Shown here piece after piece: positions 37,562 to 45,334 of a stretch of 64,000 bases of DNA (positions are counted from its first letter, which is position 1; each line of letters opens with the position of its first letter). Origin of the DNA: an uncultured Bacillota bacterium (GTDB lineage Bacteria; Bacillota_I; Bacilli_A; RFN20; CAG-288); the NCBI GenBank assembly GCA_949300365.1, contig CASGEC010000001.1:313980-377979 (forward strand), in the 5' to 3' direction. A model generated the notes under the pieces. It was not told the origin of the DNA, made no database searches, and was given only the letters and a program-made list of their open reading frames with translations. The translations under genes and the position numbers were made by a program.

Positions 37562-38196
37562 ACAGGGGACGTTTCCGGAAGGCGGAGCTGAAGGACGTCG
37601 AGACGATCGTCTCCTTGACGGGACAGAGCCTTGACTTCTCCCGCTATTGCGACACGAAGGAAAAGTGCCATGCCTTTGGCCAGGGCTTTGTCCTTTCCCA
37701 TCTTGCCGAGAGCAACTATGCGATCGTCTACGAGGAAGAGGAAGAAGTTCTGGGTGTCCTTTTGGGGACGATCGAGAAGGCTCCCCTTCTTTTTGAAAGT
37801 TCCCTTGGGAAGGAAGCCGCAAGACAATATCGAATTGCCTTTGGGGAGAATGGTGGAAGCGACCTCTATCAAAGAGCCTGCAAGGACATGAAGGAGAAGA
37901 CCGGACTTACCTTCCAGGGCGAGATCACCCTCCTTTCCCTCCGTCCACAATTGCGGGGAAAGGGCATGGGAAGAAGGCTCGTCAAGGACTATTGCCTGAA
38001 GGCGATGGAATACGGCGACAAGCCCATCTACCTCTATTCCGACACCGACTGCAACTTCGCCTTCTATCCCCACATCGGCTTTGAGGAGATGGGACGAAGG
38101 ACGATCTTTTTCGACCTGGGACCGGAAAAGGACGGAAGCCTTACCTGTTTCCTCTTTGTCGCCGACCCGAAGAAAATCGTTGCAAAGTCCATTTGA
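37558..38196 (+). CDS. GNAT-family N-acetyltransferase
   Basis: 212 aa. Acetyl-CoA motif RGKGMGRRLV. ATGA overlap with the kinase gene. Confidence 0.8.
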   Translation: MNRGRFRKAELKDVETIVSLTGQSLDFSRYCDTKEKCHAFGQGFVLSHLAESNYAIVYEEEEEVLGVLLGTIEKAPLLFESSLGKEAARQYRIAFGENGGSDLYQRACKDMKEKTGLTFQGEITLLSLRPQLRGKGMGRRLVKDYCLKAMEYGDKPIYLYSDTDCNFAFYPHIGFEEMGRRTIFFDLGPEKDGSLTCFLFVADPKKIVAKSI

Positions 38197-38208
38197 GGAT
38201 TGTATAGT
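38180..38208 (+). promoter_or_regulatory. Sigma-70-type promoter TTGCAA-N17-TATAGT for queT (inside the 3-prime end of the GNAT gene)
   Basis: TTGCAA at 38180-38185 and TATAGT at 38203-38208. The same hexamers occur at the tRNA-Asn promoter. The predicted TSS is ~7 nt before the riboswitch-like stem. Confidence 0.6.
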
Positions 38209-38220
38209 ACTTTCCGTACC

Positions 38221-38267
38221 AAGCGGGTCTACCCATGAACACCCCGCTTAAAACATTAACAGGGGGC
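38221..38267 (+). ncRNA. Candidate preQ1 class-I-like riboswitch (translational, SD-sequestering)
   Basis: P1 AGCGGG/CCCGCU encloses a loop ending ...GAACAC. The A-rich tail UAAAACAUUAACAGGGGG follows, and its GGGG (the SD) can pair with loop ACCC. This resembles the Bacillus and Thermoanaerobacter preQ1-I aptamers as I remember them. It sits directly upstream of queT. Confidence 0.5.
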
Positions 38268-38274
38268 TTTTTTC

Positions 38275-38877
38275 ATGAAAGAAAGCAAAACGTCGACGTC
38301 GGAAAAGGAAGGCTTTTTCAAGACCTATCTCAAGTGCTTCCACATGTCGACCAAGGACATTGCCTCTAACGCCATCATCGCCGCGCTCTACGTCGCCTTG
38401 ACCTATGCCTTCTACTTCATCTCCTACGGGCCTTTCCAGTGCCGGATCAGCGAGTTTTTGATGCTTCTTTGCTTCTTCAATCCCAACTACGCCATCGGAT
38501 TGACGGTCGGCTGTGCCCTCTCCAACATCTATTCCATCACCTCCGGTTTCCTGGGACCATTGGACATTGTCTTTGGAAGCCTAGCGACCCTCAGCGCCTG
38601 TCTTCTGATGCCGATGGCAAGAAGCCTTTTCCTCTCAAGCCTTCTTCCCTGCCTGACAAACGGCCTTGTCCTCTCCCTTGAATTCACCTTCATCCTCGGC
38701 CCGACGGACGGCCTTTCCAAGGGTGTCTACTTCGGCGTCCAGTTTGGATGGATCTTCCTGGGGGAGTTCATCGCCATCTCGGTTCTGGGATATGTTCTCT
38801 TCCTCTTCTTGACAAGGAAGGTGACGGGATTCTACCAGGTGATGAACGCCAAGCTGAATACGGATTATCGGTTCTAG
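38275..38877 (+). CDS. queT: Queuosine-precursor transporter QueT (ECF S-component-like)
   Basis: 200 aa, multi-TM, with the FQCRISEFLMLL motif typical of the QueT family. An alternative start lies at ATG 38344. Confidence 0.75.
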   Translation: MKESKTSTSEKEGFFKTYLKCFHMSTKDIASNAIIAALYVALTYAFYFISYGPFQCRISEFLMLLCFFNPNYAIGLTVGCALSNIYSITSGFLGPLDIVFGSLATLSACLLMPMARSLFLSSLLPCLTNGLVLSLEFTFILGPTDGLSKGVYFGVQFGWIFLGEFIAISVLGYVLFLFLTRKVTGFYQVMNAKLNTDYRF

Positions 38878-38911
38878 AGAAGGACAAAAACAAAACGGAT
38901 TCCATGAAAAA

Positions 38912-38950
38912 GGCCGGCGTCTTAGTGGCTGCCGGTCTTTTCGTTTTTTC
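38912..38950 (+). terminator. Probable queT terminator overlapping the 3-prime end of convergent rarA
   Basis: GGCCGGC-(11 nt)-GCCGGTC followed by TTTTCGTTTTTT. Confidence 0.45.
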
Positions 38951-40226
38951 TCTTCCTTCTTTCTTCCTCGACGATCCGACGTGCCTTGGAGATGGAATCG
39001 GCCTTGATAAGGGAAGAAAGGCGCTGATATTCCTCCATCAGGGCCCTTTCGTATTTCCCGTTTCCCCAGCCGTGGAAGAAGGTCGTCTTTTCCATGCCTT
39101 CCGGAAGATAGAGAAGGTGGGGCCAGAGCTCCGGATCCGTATAGTCATACTGCTCATCCCTGGGAATGCCGGTCGTCTTCAGACGCAGATAGCTTCTGAC
39201 ATGGGTCGGGGAACTATCGATGAGATCGCTTGCCGCCTGGATTGCCTGATAAGAGGCCTTGGATTTCGGGGAAAGGGCAAGGTCACAGACGGAGAAGGAT
39301 AGCGGAATCATGGCTTCCGGAAGACCGACCTCCCTTGCGACAAGACAGGCATGATAGCAGCGGTCGACCGCCTGGGGATTGGCAAGTCCCACATCCTCAT
39401 AGGCCGTGACAAGAAGCCTTCTGATGAGCCCCTCGATATCCCCGCCCTTGAGGAGCTTGGCAAGGTAATAAATGGCGGCATCGACGTCGCTTCCGCGGAT
39501 GGACTTCTGCAAGGCCGAGACCGTATCGTAATGCTCATCCTCGTCCTTGTCGGAAAGATAGTTGGGGGCGATGGCGATTTCCTTGACGTCCTCAAGGGCG
39601 ATTTGATGGCTCTTGGAAAAGCTTAGGGCGATAGCCTCCAGCTGATTGTAGGCAAAGCGAAGATCACCCGAAGAAATCGAGGCGAGATAAAGCAAGGCAT
39701 CTTCATCAAACATCCTTGAATCGGCAAGGCCGTCCTTGCTCTTGACCGCTCTTTTTAGGCCTTCCAGGATATCTTCCTTGGAAAGAGGGACGGATTCCAA
39801 AAGCCGGGTCCGTGAGCGGATGGCGGGATTGAGGGAGATAAGGGGGTTGGCCGTCGTGCAGCCGATGAGGTAGAAGTCCCCGTTTTCAAGATGGGGAAGG
39901 AGAAGATCCTGCTTGGCCTTGTCCAGTCGGTGGATCTCATCGATGATGACGATGCTGGGATTGAAGCGGATAGCCTCGTCGAAGGCTTCCTGCATCTGGC
40001 TTTTGTTGTCCAAAACCGCGTTGAGGCGGATAGAATAGGCATCAAAGGAATTGGCAAAGGCCTGGGCCAGGGTTGTCTTTCCGGTTCCCGGAGGGCCATA
40101 GAAAATCATCGAGACCAAGGCCTTGTTCTCAAGGAGATTGTTCAAAAAGGCCTTTATCTTCTTTTGGCCGAGGACATCCTCAAGAAGCTTCGGCCGCATT
40201 CTATAGGCGAGGGGCTTATTGATCAT
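38922..40226 (-). CDS. rarA: Replication-associated recombination protein A (AAA+ ATPase)
   Basis: 434 aa. LAYRMRPKLLEDVLGQ, Walker A GPPGTGKTT, Walker B VIIDEIHR. MgsA/RarA-type C-terminal domain. Confidence 0.92.
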   Translation of the reverse strand: MINKPLAYRMRPKLLEDVLGQKKIKAFLNNLLENKALVSMIFYGPPGTGKTTLAQAFANSFDAYSIRLNAVLDNKSQMQEAFDEAIRFNPSIVIIDEIHRLDKAKQDLLLPHLENGDFYLIGCTTANPLISLNPAIRSRTRLLESVPLSKEDILEGLKRAVKSKDGLADSRMFDEDALLYLASISSGDLRFAYNQLEAIALSFSKSHQIALEDVKEIAIAPNYLSDKDEDEHYDTVSALQKSIRGSDVDAAIYYLAKLLKGGDIEGLIRRLLVTAYEDVGLANPQAVDRCYHACLVAREVGLPEAMIPLSFSVCDLALSPKSKASYQAIQAASDLIDSSPTHVRSYLRLKTTGIPRDEQYDYTDPELWPHLLYLPEGMEKTTFFHGWGNGKYERALMEEYQRLSSLIKADSISKARRIVEEERRKRKNEKTGSH

Positions 40227-41037
40227 TTTCGATAGCCTCCAGAGCTATTTCAAAGACACGCCGCATCGTCCTTTCGCTGGACTTGGCAACGACGAGCACT
40301 TCCTCGTCCGTGATCTTGCCTTCTTTTATTCCGCAGGCCCAATTGGTGACGAGGGAGAGGCCGATATTCCTTATGCCGCCATGGCGGCTTGCGATAGCCT
40401 CGATACCTGTCGACATGCCGACGCTATCCGCTCCGAGACGCTTTGCCATCTCGACTTCGGCCTTCGTCTCAAACTGGGGTCCTGGAAATTGCATGAAGAC
40501 GCCTTCCTTGCAGGAGAGATGCTCGGCCTTTGCCTTTTCAAGGATCGTCTTGGAAAGCGCAGGGTCATAGACTTCCGACATGTCCGGAAAACGGGGACCC
40601 AACTCTTCGATGTTCTCTCCATAAAGCGGGGAAGGGACAAGACAGGCGATTTGGTCTTTTGTCACCAATACCGTGCCAGGCCCAGAAGTGACGCCACCGA
40701 CAGCATTGGTCAGGATGAGGAACTTGACGCCGAGGATCTGCAGGATCCTTTCGGGGATGGTGCATTCCCTGGCGGAATAGCCTTCATAGAAATGAAGCCT
40801 TCCGTCCACGACAATCGAGGGGATGCCATGGGTCGTTCCAAGACGATAGCATCCCTTGTGGCTCTTGTTGGTGCAGAGCGGGTGGCCTTGGATGTTATGA
40901 AAGTCGATCCTGTCATCTTCGACAAGATAGTCCTTGAGATAGGAAAGCCCGGAACCGAGGACGATTCCCAAAAGCGGCCTTTCCTCAAGATGCCTTTCTA
41001 TCTCCTTGGCCATCGCCTTTAAGTCACTGTAATCCAT
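40216..41037 (-). CDS. punA: Purine nucleoside phosphorylase (PNP-I / PunA type)
   Basis: LGIVLGSGL...RLHFYEGY...LTNAVGG...MSTGIEAI motifs. I prefer ATG 41037, 6 nt after SD GAGGTG. The ORF opens at GTG 41046. 11-nt overlap with the rarA start. Confidence 0.88.
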   Translation of the reverse strand: MDYSDLKAMAKEIERHLEERPLLGIVLGSGLSYLKDYLVEDDRIDFHNIQGHPLCTNKSHKGCYRLGTTHGIPSIVVDGRLHFYEGYSARECTIPERILQILGVKFLILTNAVGGVTSGPGTVLVTKDQIACLVPSPLYGENIEELGPRFPDMSEVYDPALSKTILEKAKAEHLSCKEGVFMQFPGPQFETKAEVEMAKRLGADSVGMSTGIEAIASRHGGIRNIGLSLVTNWACGIKEGKITDEEVLVVAKSSERTMRRVFEIALEAIENDQ

Positions 41038-41055
41038 GTGGGTCACCTCGGGAAT

Positions 41056-41061
41056 ATTCTA
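41056..41061 (-). promoter_or_regulatory. -10 box TAGAAT for punA-rarA
   Basis: Minus strand reads ...aaggagTAGAATattcccGAGGTGacccacATG. Confidence 0.4.
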
Positions 41062-41095
41062 CTCCTTACAAGGATGAATCCGAGCCTCTTTGGCG

Positions 41096-41101
41096 TATAA
41101 T
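41096..41101 (+). promoter_or_regulatory. Perfect -10 box TATAAT 6 nt upstream of the dtd ATG (candidate leaderless mRNA)
   Basis: TATAAT-gttgcc-ATG(41108). No SD. Confidence 0.45.
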
Positions 41102-41107
41102 GTTGCC

Positions 41108-41563
41108 ATGCGTCTTTTGATACAGGAATGCCTTAATGGCTCGGTAGATATCGACGGGAAGTGCGTCGGCCAGATCGGCCGCGGGGAAGTTATCTTTGTC
41201 GGCTTTACTCAGGGCGATGACGAAAAGATCGTCGACAGGATGATCGACAAGCTTCTCAAGCTCCGAATCTTTGCGGACGAGAACGGAAAGACGAATCTCT
41301 CCCTTGCGGATATCGATGGGGAGCTTCTTCTTGTAAGCCAGTTTACTCTCTATGCGGATTTGACTTCCGGGAATAGGCCCTCTTTCGTCAAGGCCCTGAA
41401 AGGAAGCCAATCGGAACCCCTCTACGTCTCTTTCGTCAAGAAAATGGAAGAAAAACTTCCGGGAAAGACAAGGAAGGGCGTCTTTGGCGCCGACATGAAG
41501 GTCCACCTTGTCAATGATGGTCCCTTTACCATCCTTCTTGACAGCAAGGAGCTGTGGGGATGA
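41108..41563 (+). CDS. dtd: D-aminoacyl-tRNA deacylase
   Basis: MRLLIQEC...LLLVSQFTLYADLTSGNRPSF...GADMKVHLVNDGPFTI. ATG at 41108. Confidence 0.9.
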   Translation: MRLLIQECLNGSVDIDGKCVGQIGRGEVIFVGFTQGDDEKIVDRMIDKLLKLRIFADENGKTNLSLADIDGELLLVSQFTLYADLTSGNRPSFVKALKGSQSEPLYVSFVKKMEEKLPGKTRKGVFGADMKVHLVNDGPFTILLDSKELWG

Positions 41564-42702
41564 AGAAGAAAGTCCTTGTCGGCCTATCCGGAGGCGTGGA
41601 TTCGGCAATTGCCGCCTATCTTCTTATCCTCCAGGGCTATGACGTCACCGGCTGTTTCATGCGCAACTGGGATTCCATCGCCAACAACGATATCCTTGGC
41701 AATCCCACCCTTTTCGGAAGCAAGTGCTCCCAGGAACTCGACTATGACGATGCGGCCGAGACGGCTTTCGAGCTGTCCATTCCGATCCTGAGGAAGGACT
41801 TCATCGACGAGTATTGGAATGATGTCTTTTCCTATTTCCTGGATACCTATCGCCGGGGCTATACGCCCGATGCCGACGTCTTCTGCAACAAGTACATCAA
41901 GTTCGGTGCCTTCCTTGATTTTGCCAAGCTTTCCGGATTCGACATGATCGCCATGGGACACTATGCCAAAAGGATCGACGAGAACGGGGAAAGCCATCTC
42001 TACAAGGCCTTCGACAAGAACAAGGACCAATCCTACTTTCTCGGACAGATCAGCATGGATCAGCTCTCCCAGTGTCTCTTCCCCCTGGAATCCTTGACCA
42101 AGGAGGAAGTGAGGATGAAGGCCGACATGCTCCACCTCAAGGTCGCCAGGAAGAAGGACTCCACCGGCGTCTGCTTCATCGGGGAGAGAAACTTCAAGCA
42201 GTTCCTCAATAATTACCTTCCCAGCAAGGAAGGGGACATCGTCGATATCACCACGGGAAACAAGATCGCCAGGCACGATGGCGTCCTCTACTACACGGTC
42301 GGCCAGCACAAGGGACTCAACATCGGCGGAATCAAGGGCTACAAGACCCTTCCCTTCTTCGTCGTCGGCAAGGATGTCGAAAGGAACATCCTCTATGTCG
42401 CTCAGGAGGATGATAACGAGTTCCGCTTCTCCTATGGCTGCCTCCTGACCCATTTCAACTGGATCGGATCCGACCTTCCTGCGGGTCGTCTTTCCTGCAA
42501 CTGCAAGTTCCGCTATCGGGGGAAGGACATGCCCGTCACCTTGGAAGTCCTCAAGGGCGGAAAGGAAGCCTGTCTTTCCTATCCTCGCTATCCCTATGTC
42601 GCCAAGGGACAGATCGCCTGCCTCTATCTTGGGGAGCGGCTTTTGGGAAGCGGCATCATCGACAGGACCTATGACCTCAACGGCCAGGAGATAAAATACT
42701 GA
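41560..42702 (+). CDS. mnmA: tRNA 2-thiouridine(34) synthase
   Basis: PP-loop VGLSGGVDS. ATGA overlap with the dtd stop. ~380 aa. Confidence 0.92.
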   Translation: MKKKVLVGLSGGVDSAIAAYLLILQGYDVTGCFMRNWDSIANNDILGNPTLFGSKCSQELDYDDAAETAFELSIPILRKDFIDEYWNDVFSYFLDTYRRGYTPDADVFCNKYIKFGAFLDFAKLSGFDMIAMGHYAKRIDENGESHLYKAFDKNKDQSYFLGQISMDQLSQCLFPLESLTKEEVRMKADMLHLKVARKKDSTGVCFIGERNFKQFLNNYLPSKEGDIVDITTGNKIARHDGVLYYTVGQHKGLNIGGIKGYKTLPFFVVGKDVERNILYVAQEDDNEFRFSYGCLLTHFNWIGSDLPAGRLSCNCKFRYRGKDMPVTLEVLKGGKEACLSYPRYPYVAKGQIACLYLGERLLGSGIIDRTYDLNGQEIKY

Positions 42703-42731
42703 CCTTTTTGCTCAATAGGGACGGAAATTCC

Positions 42732-42761
42732 TTGAATTGGGATAAGGCTCTTTGGTAGAAT
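42732..42761 (+). promoter_or_regulatory. Promoter TTGAAT-N18-(TGG)TAGAAT for rpsU
   Basis: TTGAAT at 42732-42737 and TGGTAGAAT at 42753-42761. Confidence 0.55.
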
Positions 42762-42797
42762 CATCGAGGCAATTTTCAGAAAACGAGGTGATTTCAT

Positions 42798-42968
42798 TTG
42801 CCAAGAACAGCTGTCAGGGACGGCGAAACACTTGACGACGCCATGAAGCGCTTCAAGCGTCAGGTGAACAAGGCCGGTACCATCGCGGACTACCGCAAGC
42901 ACGACTTCTTCCTCAAGAAGGGCCTCAAGCGGAAGCTCAAGAGCGAGAACGCCAGAAGGAAGCACTAA
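42798..42968 (+). CDS. rpsU: 30S ribosomal protein S21 (56 aa), TTG start; absent from the ORF track
   Basis: Own translation gives (M)PRTAVRDGETLDDAMKRFKRQVNKAGTIADYRKHDFFLKKGLKRKLKSENARRKH. SD GAGGTG lies 7 nt upstream. An in-frame TGA at 42789 excludes any upstream ATG. Confidence 0.88.
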   Translation: MPRTAVRDGETLDDAMKRFKRQVNKAGTIADYRKHDFFLKKGLKRKLKSENARRKH

Positions 42969-42985
42969 TCCAGAAGGCATCAAAA

Positions 42986-43022
42986 AACGTCATCCTGCCA
43001 TCGCGGGGTGACGTTTTCTTTT
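42986..43022. terminator. Bidirectional terminator between rpsU and the convergent hydrolase gene
   Basis: AAAAAACGTCATCC-(9 nt)-GGGTGACGTTTTCTTTT. Confidence 0.7.
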
Positions 43023-43042
43023 ACCTATTTTCGGCTCGGATT

Positions 43043-44083
43043 TCAGTCGACGAAGAAGTTCTCCTCAAGGAAGTCATGGACGGTCGTGAAGTAAAGCTCC
43101 GGATCCTGAAGATAGCTACAGGCATGGCCGGCCCCATCGACCGAGAGCTCTTCCTTGACGCCCTTTGTCTTTGCCGCATAGACCTTGTCCAGCATCGAAT
43201 AGGAGACGAAGTCGTCTTCCTTTCCGTGGATGAAGAGCATCGGCTTTTCGCAGCGGGAGAGGGCATCCAGGGAGGACGCTTCCGTAAAGGAATAGCCGAC
43301 CTGGAGGGAAGAGATGGCGCTGGCGACGTAAAGAAGCGGGAAGGCCGGAAGGTGGAAGAGGAAATCCAGCTCATGCTCGAAGATGTCCCAGACGGACGTA
43401 TAGCCGCAGTCCTCGATGAAGCAGACGACGTTGTCGGGAAGCTCGAGGTCGGAGACCATCATCGTCGTCGCGCCGCCCATGGAGACACCGGAGATGAGGA
43501 TTCGGGCCTGAGCATCCTGGGTGACGATATAGTCGACCCAGTCGGCGACATCCTTGCTGTCGAGATAGCCCATGCCGACATACTTGCCCTCGCTTTCCCC
43601 ACAGGCGCGCATGTCCGGAAGGAGGCAGTTGAAGTTCATGTAGGTGTTGTAGACATAGGCGAAGTTTTCCATGCCCTTGTGGGTGTCGCGATAGCCGTGG
43701 AGAAGAAGGGCGTAGTCATGGCTCTCCCCCTTGGCAGGATAGTAGAAGCCCTTGAGGTTGAGGCCATCGTCGGACTGGATGGAGACATCCTCGATCGTCA
43801 TTCCCGAGAGCCAATCTTCCTTCAGTTCCTTGAACTTCTCGCGGTTTTCGTCCACCACGGTCTTTTCGCCATCCCCACCCGTGTTTCCGGGATCGAGGTT
43901 GACGTTTCCCATGATTTCGCTCGGGCCGACGGCAAAGAGGACGAGATATTCCCCGATACCGAAGCAGCCGGCGATGAGAAGAAGGAGGATGACAAGGACG
44001 GTCGTCGCGGCGACGCGGATGTGGTGCAGGCGTCTTTTCCTCGGGTCGAGATTCTTCGTCAGAAGTCTTTTCTTTCTTTCCAT
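43043..44083 (-). CDS. Membrane-anchored alpha/beta-hydrolase (serine hydrolase)
   Basis: 346 aa. N-terminal TM anchor, nucleophile elbow GVSMGG, and C-terminal D...H (HGKEDDF...GAGHA). Confidence 0.8.
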   Translation of the reverse strand: MERKKRLLTKNLDPRKRRLHHIRVAATTVLVILLLLIAGCFGIGEYLVLFAVGPSEIMGNVNLDPGNTGGDGEKTVVDENREKFKELKEDWLSGMTIEDVSIQSDDGLNLKGFYYPAKGESHDYALLLHGYRDTHKGMENFAYVYNTYMNFNCLLPDMRACGESEGKYVGMGYLDSKDVADWVDYIVTQDAQARILISGVSMGGATTMMVSDLELPDNVVCFIEDCGYTSVWDIFEHELDFLFHLPAFPLLYVASAISSLQVGYSFTEASSLDALSRCEKPMLFIHGKEDDFVSYSMLDKVYAAKTKGVKEELSVDGAGHACSYLQDPELYFTTVHDFLEENFFVD

Positions 44084-44146
44084 TTCGATATCCTCGTTTT
44101 GAGACCGGAATAGTTTACCTTTTTCGGAATGGAAAGTTAAGACGGT

Positions 44147-45211
44147 CTAGAAGACGATACCCGAATCGGAGAAGGATAGGCCGGTAAGGGTGGAGGCAGT
44201 TAGGTTCAAGGCGATGAGGCTATCGTAGCTGGCCTTGCCCTCGGCATCGACGTGGATGTGGAAGCCGGAGCCGGAAGCGTAGGCCGCCTGATAGCGCCTG
44301 ATGAACTCCTGGAGACTTATCGACGTGCTTTCGTAGATCGGCTGATAGCTCGTATAGGCATGATAGCTATAGGTCAGGTAGGACTGGAAGGTCTTTTGGT
44401 CGAAGACTTTCGACCCATCGGCGCTGGGGATCGTCAGAAGGTAGTTCCGGACCCTTTCCTTCATGTCGGAAAGAAGCTTGCTCGGGGAAGAGTAGTCCGT
44501 CCCAAGGTACTTATAGTTCTGGCTGTTGATGCCATCTACCTTGATGTCGGCAAAGAGGCTATCGAAGCTGGTGCCGTTGTTCTTGTAGGTGACTTCGATC
44601 GTCGGGGTGAGGTTTCTTGCCTTCTCGCCCATCGTTCCGATGCTGTAGACCTCGTTGACGACATGGACCTTGATGCCCTTTCCGGGATCGAATGTCGGCG
44701 TGGTCTCGATGCGGGCGTTGGAAAGGAGCCTTCTGTTGTAGTCCAAAGTCAGGGAGGCGCGGATATCGGGATTGCTGACTGCGGTCATCACGAAGGTCAT
44801 CTGATGGCCGAAGGCTTCCGCGCAGGTGAAGGAAATCCGGCTTTCCTGGGCATTGACCTGATAGGTCACATAGTCCTCGGCGTTTTTGCCATCCTTCCAG
44901 GAATCGCTTTCCTTTCCGGCGGTGGGCGCATCGTTCCAATCGAGGCGGTAGGAAAAAGTCTCGTCCTTTGCCGATGCGGGCTGGATCTCGTAGAGGATCT
45001 CCTTCTTCAGGGAGCCATCGGCTAGCACGGAGTTCGTCTCGGAGAGGAAGCGGATGTTCTCCACGGCCGTTGCGCCGAGCTCCGTCTCCTGCTCCAGGTT
45101 TTCGAAGCGGAAGTCGGTGAAGCCTTTGGTCAAAGTCGAAAGGCCGCCGAGGAGTGTCAGGGAGAGGCAGAAGGAAGCCAGGGCAATCGTCAACTTGTTT
45201 CGTTTTGTCAT
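44147..45211 (-). CDS. Secreted/anchored hypothetical protein (354 aa)
   Basis: ATG 45211 behind SD AAAGGAGAA. N-terminal hydrophobic signal/anchor MTKRNKLTIALASFCLSLTLLGG. No recognisable motif. Confidence 0.65.
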   Translation of the reverse strand: MTKRNKLTIALASFCLSLTLLGGLSTLTKGFTDFRFENLEQETELGATAVENIRFLSETNSVLADGSLKKEILYEIQPASAKDETFSYRLDWNDAPTAGKESDSWKDGKNAEDYVTYQVNAQESRISFTCAEAFGHQMTFVMTAVSNPDIRASLTLDYNRRLLSNARIETTPTFDPGKGIKVHVVNEVYSIGTMGEKARNLTPTIEVTYKNNGTSFDSLFADIKVDGINSQNYKYLGTDYSSPSKLLSDMKERVRNYLLTIPSADGSKVFDQKTFQSYLTYSYHAYTSYQPIYESTSISLQEFIRRYQAAYASGSGFHIHVDAEGKASYDSLIALNLTASTLTGLSFSDSGIVF

Positions 45212-45291
45212 CGTGTTCTCCTTTCTGGGGGTTTCACTACCTTTTTGGAGGCAAGGAGGAAAATGAAAACCCGTTTGGGAAAGAAGAAAGC

Positions 45292-45317
45292 AAAAAGGGA
45301 GGGACAATGCCCTCCCC
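45292..45317 (-). terminator. Rho-independent terminator after tkt
   Basis: Minus strand reads GGGAGGG-cattgt-CCCTCCC-TTTTT. Confidence 0.75.
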
Positions 45318-45334
45318 AGGAGTCGATGGACAAA

